From contig BQFW01000008.1 of NCBI GenBank assembly GCA_020891255.1, forward strand, positions 682,001 to 746,000: 64,000 bases of DNA, given 5' to 3'. Source of the stretch: Entomortierella parvispora E1425 (taxonomy: Eukaryota; Fungi; Mortierellomycota). The notes beneath the pieces are model-generated. The model searched no databases. It saw only the letters and a program-made list of their open reading frames with translations, and was not told the origin of the DNA. Position numbers and translations under genes: made by a program. Below, piece after piece: positions 49,464 to 59,861 of this stretch (positions are counted from its first letter, which is position 1; each line of letters opens with the position of its first letter).

Positions 49464-50137
49464 ATTGGATGACCAGTTGACTCACCCACCTTGAAACTCC
49501 ATACTGCATCTACCTCTTAATATCAAATATCAACTGTACCATATCCTGCATCTTCAAGACCGAACAATAAAAGCGCGACTTGATCTCATAAACAAACCTT
49601 TTTTCTCTCAGATGACCAATGTAGTGTTGGCAGCCATTAGCTGGGAAGTTATGACCAAGACTTGCAGGTGTCACGCAGAAAACAATAACTCGTCCAGCAT
49701 CATGGTGCCATAGTGCTGCTGTCGACGTCTCTCAATTACCTAGATTAAGTCGGCCGTTGTGAATTTGTGATAATCACGAGAGAGACGAGAACGACATGAT
49801 GATTGTACACAGCACTTGAGTTGTGGATGAGCTGTATCTGTGGAGAAGAGCTCTTGGGAATTCAAATAACTGGATGAAGGTCAAATTGAGACCTCGATGG
49901 GTACATCATGACACTTGAAGGGTGCTTGATTACTGCGTATACTTCTCTTTCGTTTCTTTGACAGCACTTTACAACCAAAACCCCATAGACCCCACATTTC
50001 GATAGAGATAGTTGATGAGATCAAGTCGCGATTTTATTGCTCGGTCTTGAAAATGCAAGGTATAGTACAATTGATGTTATGAGATGCAAGATGGGAGTGA
50101 GCGGGTATGAGATGAGTGGGGCAGTTGGCGGTCCGAT

Positions 50138-50329
50138 TTACAGGCGGATGTTGCCACACAAAGCCATTGAACCAAGAGACTTGTCAATGGCCATCTGAAC
50201 AGCCTGGTCCTTGGTCATCTTGATCTTTTGTGCACCATTGCGGGAGGCATCCATTGAGGAGCGGGGAGTCTGAGCTGGAGTAGAGGCAGCAGAGGCGGAC
50301 TGGTTCTTGGAGGACTTGAAGAAAGGCAT
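50138..50329 (-). CDS. Microprotein family, type E (63 aa, MPFFK...MALCGNIRL)
   Basis: Family sequence. Confidence 0.85.
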   Translation of the reverse strand: MPFFKSSKNQSASAASTPAQTPRSSMDASRNGAQKIKMTKDQAVQMAIDKSLGSMALCGNIRL

Positions 50330-51000
50330 GGCTGTAGTGGTTTGTTTTCTTGGGTGAAGGTTGCTGTGGAGGCGAGTTGTTGTTGCTTGGTTGCGAGTGA
50401 AGAAAAAGAGGCAGCAGGGGGAATGTTATCTCTTTTATACCTTCTCGTGCCTCCGATCCAATCCTGGCCTGATTCAGGTAGCGCCTCGAGTTACCCCGGT
50501 GGGCATGGACCACATCGTCTGTTCCTCTTTCCCGCAGTTCCAAAAAAAAATAACGGCAAAATATCTCAGATCGGCCCTCGAACCTCTTTGCTGCGTGGCT
50601 CTCATATGTTTTCTCTTGGCCGTGAGTTACTTTTGCACGACAGATTTGGACACGAACCCCCCACACATCAAAAGTGGCGCACAAACGGCCAAGAGCGGAG
50701 TGAAAAAAAATTAGCGTTGGGAGAAATAGAAATTCGCGCTGAAAATGAAAAACCAAGCATGCCAAGATAGGAAGGCAATGCCTCGACTTTTCTTCCAGCG
50801 AACCCTTCTGAGGAACACTTCCAAGAAGATCCTTGGTTGGTTGTCAGTTGCATTTCAACATAAATACCGCCACCGTCTTTGCTATTTCTCTTTTCTTCAC
50901 TCACAACCAAGCAACAACCAAGCAACAACCAAGCAACAACCAACCATCAACCATTCGCCTCAGCAGCAACTTTCACCCAAGCAAACAAACTACTATAGCC
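50330..51000. promoter_or_regulatory. Bidirectional spacer, third class (E)
   Basis: TATA-like boxes facing both genes; GCCARG at 50463, 50615, 50688, 50761. Confidence 0.65.
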
Positions 51001-51192
51001 ATGCCTTTCTTCAAGTCCTCCAAGAACCAGTCCGCCTCTGCTGCCTCGACCCCGGCTCAGACTCCTCGCTCCTCCATGGATGCCTCCCGCAGCGGTGCAC
51101 AGAAGATCAAGATGACCAAGGACCAAGCCGTGCAGATGGCCATGGACAGGTCTCTTGGCTCAGCTGCTTTGTGTGGCAACATTCGCCTGTAG
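51001..51192 (+). CDS. Microprotein family, type E (63 aa, ends AALCGNIRL)
   Basis: Family sequence. Confidence 0.85.
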   Translation: MPFFKSSKNQSASAASTPAQTPRSSMDASRSGAQKIKMTKDQAVQMAMDRSLGSAALCGNIRL

Positions 51193-52261
51193 ATTCGATG
51201 ACTCCTCTCAACCTTGAGACTTCCCTACTGCCTTGAAGTGCCTCCCAATACCCAAGCAAACGCTATCTCTGTCGTTTTTGTACAATATCACATCTACATA
51301 ATAATCACTTCCTGCGAATAAAAACTGTGCCCAATCATCACATGCGAAAGTGAAGACCTTTGTTTTAAAGACTTGCATGGAAGGACTAGTGTTCTCACGT
51401 TGCTACGTGGGGTCATCCTATGTTATCGTACCTAGAAACTAGAATTGCACTTGTCCTTTGCCTTCACTGATACTGGCTATCGCGTTGATATCACGTACCC
51501 AGACTCACCAAAGTCGAATCTGCATCTAGTGTTTCGTGATTATTTTGATGTTTATTATATTTTGACAAGTTGTGGCCAGAAGCAGCGGCATCTGGGTACA
51601 TGACCTTCGTTGGCAAATCTCCTCCGTTGTTTCCGTCCATAAGGAGATCAGTGCTCATAGTGTGTGTAGCCTCTACCAGGCGAAAACATGAGGTTTGAAG
51701 ACCTTCCAGGGCCAATTCTTGGGGTCAACACCGCTGTCGATTTAGGTTTCTTCATCTCTGGACTGTTGTGAGAGTCGCCATTGCCGCTGGTCTTGGCCTC
51801 GACGTATTCTGGATCATGATGTATCAAAATCCACTTTTCGTCCTCTCGCGGTTCATGATGGTCTTGGAATGAGGTGTCTTCCTCCGGAGATCTTACTGGC
51901 GGACAGAGGCAGGACATCATTGACTGTTATAGATATAGTGTTTCGAATGGGAGCTGGTTTTTTTTGTCTTGAGGTCGCTGTGGAAAGTGAGCCAGAGAAA
52001 ACGTCTTCATCTTGGACCATTTATATATGTCTTCGGCGCACCCGATCCACAAAAGCGTGCTTTCGTCTCGCGTTCAGATCTCGGCGCTAAGGATCCCAAT
52101 GCATATGATGGACATCCCTGGACATCTTGGTCAACAGAAAAGGGTAGCAGTTGCCCAAAAGAAGCAATGAACATCCGTGTAGAGCTGGACAGGAGGGAGC
52201 GATTGAATCCGTCGACTTTGGGCCTTGGCAATTACGCCACCAACTCGAGGCGGGAAAGCAG

Positions 52262-53282
52262 GAAGCTCTGAACCCAGCCCCTCTTTGCTCACTCCTTCAC
52301 TTCAGAGGGGCTGGGCGCAAATCTCACCCTTTCCTATGGATGACCCAAAATAATTTTTTCGTCCAAAAAAGGAAAAAAAATTCTCTGATAAATAGTGTAA
52401 TTTAAAAACTTTAAATAAATTCACTCTAATAATAATAAAATAGTGAGAGTAATGCCAGCCATGCAGCCATGCCATCGCTCGTCGCCCGGCTTGAATGGGG
52501 TTAATTTCTTCCATTTTTTCATTTTCAATGCCACCACTTTCTTTCATAAACCCCGCGTTCCGATCTTGCATTCAGCTCCTGCCACCTCTTCTTTATACCC
52601 TTCATCTGATTAAATGACAAAGATGGCAAGCAAAAGACCAATCGAGCAGAGGTGAGGAGACGCGTCTCGGGTGTCCATGATGCTCAGAGTCGCCCACGCG
52701 TCCATCTGCTCTATTTTTCTTCATCTCTTCATATTTTCTGTTGTAGTCATGATGCTCTTAGCAAATCTGATCAAGATATCCCGGGAACGCCGAGAAGATC
52801 GCGTAGCACCAAGGTGAGTAGCTTGATGTGGTGCCTGGTGGCCTCTTCCTGGTGTGGCCTCTTCTAACTCTGTGATTTACAATAGGGTGAGGGACGATTT
52901 CGTCTTGATTCCCCAGGTGCTCCTCCGCGAACCCCGCAAACAACACAAACCCCACGAGCACCACGAGCACCACGAACTCCACGAACCCCGCGCACCTCAC
53001 AAACCTTACAAACGCCAAGATTCATACAGTCACCAATTGTGGCCAACCAAGTATGAAAAAAATCGTTAAAAAATATGTGCTGCTCGCGTTTTCTTTTCTA
53101 ACAGATGTATCCACCTCCTCCCATTCATATCGATTAGGGAACTACCAATGGTTCTGGTGCTACCGATATGGCCCAACCTTTACCCTTTGTCATGGAGGCA
53201 CAGGCTCTTTCTCCGACTTCTCAGGCTGCGTACATTGGAGGATCAACGCAATTCAACATTGGAAAAAATTCGACGCCACCCA
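52262..53282 (+). repeat. Left terminal inverted repeat (1021 bp)
   Basis: Reverse complement of 58840-59861 apart from one homopolymer indel; degenerate similarity continues ~190 bp further in. Confidence 0.92.
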
Positions 53283-55529
53283 TCACTGGAGAAGAACCGC
53301 CACGACTCAATGTTGGAGAGAATTTGACGCGATCCAATGTTGGAGAAGAATCGCCGCGACCCAGCAATGCGTCGGAGGAGTTGACGTTCGATCCTTTCTG
53401 TGATAACACTGATGGAGAACCAATCATGACGTGGGGTTCTGATAACTATTATGTAAGAACCCCTTTGAGGAAAAAGTGGTCATCGATGCAGCCATCGTCA
53501 TCAGCTCCTTCTTCACCCGCCAATTCTGTCGGCTCTCCGTTGCAGTCATTCTCGTCACCATCAAATGCGGTTCTTAGCCAACCTTTACCGTTTATACAAA
53601 AAAGCGATGAACGCGAAGACGAGAGTGATGTCCAGGTAAGTCGAGTTTAATTATGAAATGGCGATGTTCTGGACTTGCATTAACTCTCACATTAAAATGC
53701 ATATATGTCTGTAATCTTCATACTGCAGGATCCATTATGTAAAGAGGCTATTCAAGCTTGCCGAAAGCGTTTTCATCACTCACCAAAGGAGGAGCAGCTT
53801 CGTGTTGTCAAACATATATACAACAAGCAGGATTGCTTACTGCTTGCGCCCTGCGGGTGGGGAAAAACACTTGTATTTTCTCTGCCAATGGTGATGTGGA
53901 AGGACAAGATTACGGTCGTCATTTCGCCGTTGATTGCCCTGATGCAGGATCAGATAAAGGTATGCCAGCATACAATATACCAGTCTAACAGGTATACTTT
54001 TTCTAACATATCGCGCAATGCGACCCTGTGTTAATACTCTAGAAACTCAAAGAAAAGGATGTCACTTGTTTGCTACTCTCGACCTACAACGGCAATCGAG
54101 TTAACGACAGTGACATTAAATTAGTTAAGGAGGGACATTACAGAGCTGTGTTCATGTCGCCAGAAGTCATTTTCGGGAAAGGATCTACTGCATGCAAGGT
54201 TCAGGACCTTTGGAACAATAAGTATTGGAAAAGTCAACTATGCTCCATCGTCGTAGATGAAGTCCACTGTGTAGATAAATGGAAAGATTTTCGGCCGTAT
54301 TATTCGCAAATTGGATCATTGCGTGGTAAGGTACCTGGGGTGCCGATCGTAGGCCTGACTGCAACCCTCCCACCCGATTCGCTCCAGGAAATCAAGAATA
54401 GCGTCTTTCTCGCCTCGTCCACCGTTCATGTCATTCGTGTGGATGACATTCGTGATAACATCCAGCTCGAAGTTCATACCTTTTCACTAAGGAATCGAGT
54501 CAGACAACTGGCGAAGTTGCTGGACAATACAAAGACGATTGTCTATTTTGACAGCATCGCACTTCTCAGAGATGTACAGGACAAGTTAAGGCCATTGAGG
54601 CCTGATCTGCGAATGGACGCATTTTTCTCAACCCGCCTTAGTTCTTCCAAGGATAAAGTCCTGCTCAAGTTCATTAATAGCGAGATTGATGTCCTGTTGG
54701 CTACTGATGCCTGCGGCATGGGATGCGATATCTCAGATGTTATCACTGTGTTCCAATATGAGTAAGTTGAAACGTAACTAAGGTTGGACAATGCGGATGA
54801 AATGAGAGACGATCTTACTTACTTCAAGATATTTTCAATGATATGAAGTCTGCCTCACGATTTGACGAGTCTTGTGCAGAGGTTCGGTCGAGCAGCGAGG
54901 GGTCCTGGAACTAAAGGCTTTGGGATCCTCTTGGCGCCTCCAACTACCAGCAGGAAATACAACAAGAGACCTGACATCTTAAATTTCGTTGCCCCCCAAT
55001 TGACAAGGACAAGGACAAGGAAAAGGACAAGGAAAAGGACAAGGACAACAGTCGGAGGAAATGTCGGTGGCATGTGGTGGATGAATATCTAGGGAACAAA
55101 ATATCCTCTCGTACCAAATGTTGTGATGTATGTCTCGGTGAGTCTTGTCGCCGCAAGACGACCGAACTTACTGGTCAAATTGGGCCCGAACTGACTATAC
55201 CAAAGGGGAAGAGCGCGGACAAAGATCAGGATGTAGGGAGGAACAGGTTATTGGAGTGGAGGAAGAACGAGTGCAAAAAATGGACAGGAGAAGAAGTGTC
55301 CTTCGTGGACTTCGAGCTTTGCGTTTTGCCCGATAAAGTACTCGCAAGGTTGTGCTACAAGCTCTTTGCGGCCACCACTACTGAAATGGTGAGGTTGATA
55401 GCTGACAGCTGTGATTTTGTGCCAGTGGATTGCGATCATTTTGAAATGATCGCTGAGGTTGTGGCGAAAGCCCTGGGCGAGATAGAAAGTACGAAAAATG
55501 ATCAAAATTCCTTGGTAGTCGAAGAATAG
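52623..55529 (+). CDS. RecQ-like SF2 helicase of the transposon (one apparent frameshift at 54992-54997)
   Basis: Exons 52623-52651, 52747-52813, 52886-53050, 53138-53635, 53729-53959, 54043-54761, 54849-55529. Motifs APCGWGKT, VISPLIALMQDQ, SPE, DEVH, LTAT, ATDACGMG, QRFGRAAR and Zn-binding CRWH..CCDVC. Confidence 0.85.
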
Positions 55530-55695
55530 CCCATCAATTGACCGAGCCAAGATGACAAGGAGATGGAGTCACTGCTTGCATCTGATGACCCTGCACAACC
55601 AAACATTTACAGCCGGCCGGGCCATTTAACATCGCACGAGCCCAGGTCCCATTCATTCATTCTTCTTTAGTTAGTATTATTATTGTCATAAAATA

Positions 55696-58600
55696 TCATT
55701 CAGCTACAACATGGTCGTTGGCCTCGACTTCCTCCATATCCACAGTATCGTAGCTATCGCTTTTTCTGAGAAAACATGCTATAGCACTCTCTGCCATTTT
55801 GTGCGCGCCAACAGTTTGAAGGTCAACTACCACGGATGGAGAAGGCCGAGTGTCTTGCTTGGATGCCCAAAGGATTCCACAGAACTGGAGATTGTCTCTG
55901 ACAAGCTCAACATCCTCTTTCGTGGATGGTTTTTTGTGAGCAGTGCTGTTGTACTTGGTTTCTATCTCCCGTTCGAAATTACGTGCAATGGTTTGAAATA
56001 TCTCGACGTTTGTTGAGATTTGTTCGCGAAGATAGTCCCAGCTTGCGTTTGGCCCTTTCGCTGCATGAGTGGCTTTGAGGAGGAAGTTGATGATTTCTTG
56101 GTACATGTCCGTTGGCATCCATGCTTGAGGAATGCCTTTAGGGTTCACCAGCATGCTTGAAAGGACCCTGTGTTCCCATTCACGCGTCCACAGGTGGCGC
56201 ATGCCGTGGAGAAAATCGTAGTAGCTCAAGGGCATATTTGGAATTGCCTCCGCCGTGCATCATCAATGCCACGGTTGGTAGCACACATCTTATCCGCCCA
56301 AGATCGCCAGCCTTAATAGCAGCAGAGAGTTCGATGAAAACGATCATGTCTCGGAGGAAGAGAAGAGCATTGATATCTGCTGGAGTGCAGGGCCGGCCAT
56401 TGAGCAAGGGATTGGCATGCTGCAGACTAGCTATGGCGTAAATGACAAGATCAACGAATCTTGTCATGTCAGACTCCACTGAGGTATGAAGATCTTCCCA
56501 GAGTACCATTGACATTGCGTCGAAAACAATCTTCAGCAGTTCACTGGTTGGCTTGTACTCCGGTTTATCCGTGTTAAAGCCTTTACTGGCCAATAGGGAA
56601 ATGAATGATGCAAGTGAGCCTGGGGTATTGGCATCGGCGCCAAGATGTGTCTTGTAGATCGTGGAGCAAAGTGTCATTTGGAGATGGAAGAGCTGAAACG
56701 TAGGATGTACCCAACCAAGACTGCCGAATGGATCCGACTCAACCATGCGGTGTACCTTGAGAGATAAAAGTCTAGAGACAGTCATCTGATCACCGGCCAC
56801 TATGATGTCCCTGGTGGTCTTGCTGAACCATTCATCGCTTAAGCCGAGATCTATCTTTGTTATGTTTTCCAGCACTGCGAGATTTCCGGCAATAGTCGAC
56901 TCATCGATCTTCATGGTTGGCAATGGAAAAGTTTTCGTCTTAACAACCTTCAGTACGTCAATGGCCGGCATGGGAATCACGCAAACACTGGGTGATCGAG
57001 GCAAAAACTGCGAAATGGCAGTCGACAGATGTGTGCGGCAGGCAGCCCTAGTCATGGTGCGGTCGGTGCTTGTGGGGAAAAAAATGCTGGCGCTTGGCTC
57101 TGGCCTGTCCACTCTGAAGCAAACCATTGGGGATGATCGAGGTATTTCAGCACTCCTGGAGCTCCCGAGATTTGAGCTGTCGGGAATCAGAATCACGGTA
57201 GCAGCTGTGCCGTTGTCGAACGTGTCTCTTTTTCCTACTCTCTGGTGATGGTGCCTTGTGGCAATGTTGATGTTGTCGTATACAATGTAAAAGTCGTTGT
57301 TGAGGACTGCCACCTTCACCCTCTCCTGTGCGTCTTTGGTCAAGGCCTTCAATGCCCTGTGAATCTGATCATATGACACGCAAAGTCCAAGAGCCGACAA
57401 AGTCTCTAAAACTCGTCTGGGAGCTCCCAGGCAGTGAAGATAGATGCCCATTACCATCTGAAAAGCATTGCATTGCTGGGATCTCAAGAACATGAGCATA
57501 GCAGAGATGCAGCCACGAACAGAGCTGGGTTTTTCGACCGCGCCTGCGAGCAGGTGTAGCGCTTCCCACAGTTTCTTCATCATTGTTGCCGATGTTGTCA
57601 CTGCCGTTGTTGACGGTGTTATCGCCGTTGCTGTCGATGTCGTTGTCGCCGCTATTGTCGCTGTTGTCGCTGTTGCTCTCGGTGTCGTTCTCACTGTCGT
57701 TGCCGTTGTTGTTGCCTTCGTTTACTCTGGTGCTACCATCGCCACTGTTCGTACCATTTCCCTTGCTAAGCATGCCGTCCAAAAGTCGTGTCAAAAAAGA
57801 AGCTTCGCCGGCGTAAGAGTCGAGAAACCCGTTCCTGAGGATCTTATCGATATTTTCCTCCGACATTCTATTGTGCGGGAATCGGTAGGCTGGGTGTGGG
57901 CCATCGTCACCTACGACGCCGTTCTTGAGGCGATCAAGCTCCCGTTTAGTCCTTGAGACAACGACGTCTACAGCGCTGTTCACAAATGGGGCATCCCATT
58001 CTTTGATCTTGCGTAACTTTTGGCTCCAAATTTTGATAACGCGACGAGGACCGTCTTTGTGATAGAATTGATGAGTCCAGCGCTTGATGTTTTCATCTTG
58101 AGAGTTAAACAGCTTCTCGAAGAAGGCGGGAAGTGAAAGCTGTTGTTCCCTGATGTAGTTAAGAATCATTGCAACTTTGTGGGTAGAGGAATGCTAAAAA
58201 GAAAAAATAATTGTTAGACGCCTGTGGGAGTGACATATTGCTGGTTTCTTTGGACAACCGGTCTTCACATACATGCGGCTTCCTTGTTGATCCGGGCATT
58301 CGATCCTCTCCATTGGTCGCTCTGAGTGTGGGGGGAATCGGGCATGCACATCTATACGTAATTCGTAATTCACTTGAGAGGTAATTCATAAATTACGATA
58401 AGGATGTTTTCGAAACCATGTGCTGAATTTACCTGCAGTGTCGATGAGTTGAACTGCTCCTCCATGTCGGCCGTTAAAGTCCTAATCCTATCACTGAATT
58501 TCACTGCATGTTAGAAATTTGCGTAAACCTGGGGGCAACTAAAGTTGCGACAGGGTAGGCAGGTTGGGGTATCTCATGCTTACGCGAACTGAGGGGTGCT

Positions 58601-59500
58601 CAGATTCCTAGATCGTCGCGAGTTTTTTCTTGTGGGGGTCCTCATGTAATCGTTCCCAGAAACCCATATCATCGGCGTCTCTGTTCGATTACTTCCTAAT
58701 CTCCGAAGCCAGAATGGGCTATCGAATGGCTCTCCATCAGTGTTGTCACAGAAAGGATCGAGCAGAGACTCCTCTGACGCATGCTTGGGTCGCGGTGATT
58801 CATCTCCAATGCTGGGTCGCGGCGACTCTTTTCCAATGTTGGGTGGCGTCGAATTTTTTCCAATGTTGAATTGCGTTGATCCTCCAATGTACGCAGCCTG
58901 AGAAGTCGGAGAAAGAGCCTGTGCCTCCATGACAAAGGGTAAAGGTTGGGCCATATCGGTAGCACCAGAACCATTGGTAGTTCCCTAATCGATATGAATG
59001 GGAGGAGGTGGATACATCTGTTAGAAAAGAAAAACGCGAGCAGCACATATTTTTTAACGATTTTTTTCATACTTGGTTGGCCACAATTGGTGACTGTATG
59101 AATCTTGGCGTTTGTAAGGTTTGTGAGGTGCGCGGGGTTCGTGGAGTTCGTGGTGCTCGTGGTGCTCGTGGGGTTTGTGTTGTTTGCGGGGTTCGCGGAG
59201 GAGCACCTGGGGAATCAAGACGAAATCGTCCCTCACCCTATTGTAAATCACAGAGTTAGAAGAGGCCACACCAGGAAGAGGCCACCAGGCACCACATCAA
59301 GCTACTCACCTTGGTGCTACGCGATCTTCTCGGCGTTCCCGGGATATCTTGATCAGATTTGCTAAGAGCATCATGACTACAACAGAAAATATGAAGAGAT
59401 GAAGAAAAATAGAGCAGATGGACGCGTGGGCGACTCTGAGCATCATGGACACCCGAGACGCGTCTCCTCACCTCTGCTCGATTGGTCTTTTGCTTGCCAT
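55696..59500 (-). CDS. Academ-type transposase (two apparent frameshifts; middle exons uncertain)
   Basis: Motifs RSQQCNAFQ, LGLCVSY, YDNINI..H..QR....FDNGTAAT, GDQMT..R, FHLQM and DMYQEIIN (candidate D-D-E with H). The first exons mirror those of the helicase inside the TIR. Confidence 0.8.
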
Positions 59501-59861
59501 CTTTGTCATTTAATCAGATGAAGGGTATAAAGAAGAGGTGGCAGGAGCTGAATGCAAGATCGGAACGCGGGGTTTATGAAAGAAAGTGGTGGCATTGAAA
59601 ATGAAAAAATGGAAGAAATTAACCCCATTCAAGCCGGGCGACGAGCGATGGCATGGCTGCATGGCTGGCATTACTCTCACTATTTTATTATTATTAGAGT
59701 GAATTTATTTAAAGTTTTTAAATTACACTATTTATCAGAGAATTTTTTTTCCTTTTTTGGACGAAAAAATTATTTTGGGTCATCCATAGGAAAGGGTGAG
59801 ATTTGCGCCCAGCCCCTCTGAAGTGAAGGAGTGAGCAAAGAGGGGCTGGGTTCAGAGCTTC
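58840..59861 (-). repeat. Right terminal inverted repeat (1022 bp)
   Basis: Mirror ORFs sum to 112123 (e.g. 52302+59821, 52652+59471). Confidence 0.92.

Larger units (their letters stand above)
44880..49605. repeat. Near-perfect inverted repeat, ~2.06-kb arms (44880-46937 / 47548-49605), 610-bp spacer
   Basis: Mirror ORF coordinates all sum to 94485 (e.g. 45022+49463, 45411+49074, 46746+47739); only scattered substitutions seen. Confidence 0.92.
52262..59861. mobile_element. AcademH-type DNA transposon, 7600 bp, full length
   Basis: ~1.02-kb TIRs, perfect 9-bp TSD GGAAAGCAG (52253-52261 and 59862-59870), and convergent RecQ-like helicase and DDE-type transposase genes. AcademH elements are known to carry such a helicase and to make 9-10-bp TSDs. 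Confidence 0.9.

Noticed and set aside
14362-51192. Microproteins as a RiPP precursor cluster (conserved leader + variable core)
   Set aside because: No tailoring enzyme, dedicated peptidase or transporter gene lies in the window, and there are no repeated cores or KR sites. Not excluded if the enzymes are elsewhere, but unsupported here.
14362-51236. Longer or antisense ORFs in the arrays (e.g. MGHSYKCK..., MALAPTR..., MDVARHGN...)
   Set aside because: They start upstream of or across the TATA boxes, often at non-ATG codons, or are shadows of the real genes, and their lengths vary between copies.
52302-52597. Outward-facing TATA plus 89-aa ORF in each TIR
   Set aside because: The TATA-like box is only ~20 nt from the ATG, and the ORF runs through AT-rich low-complexity sequence with no protein-like features.
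52930-53010. Similarity between the transposon T-P-R tail and the microprotein TPAQTPR motif
   Set aside because: Low-complexity convergence; no nucleotide similarity seen.
53705-55529. Host RecQ/Sgs1 gene
   Set aside because: It lies inside TIRs with a TSD next to a transposase, so it is element cargo.
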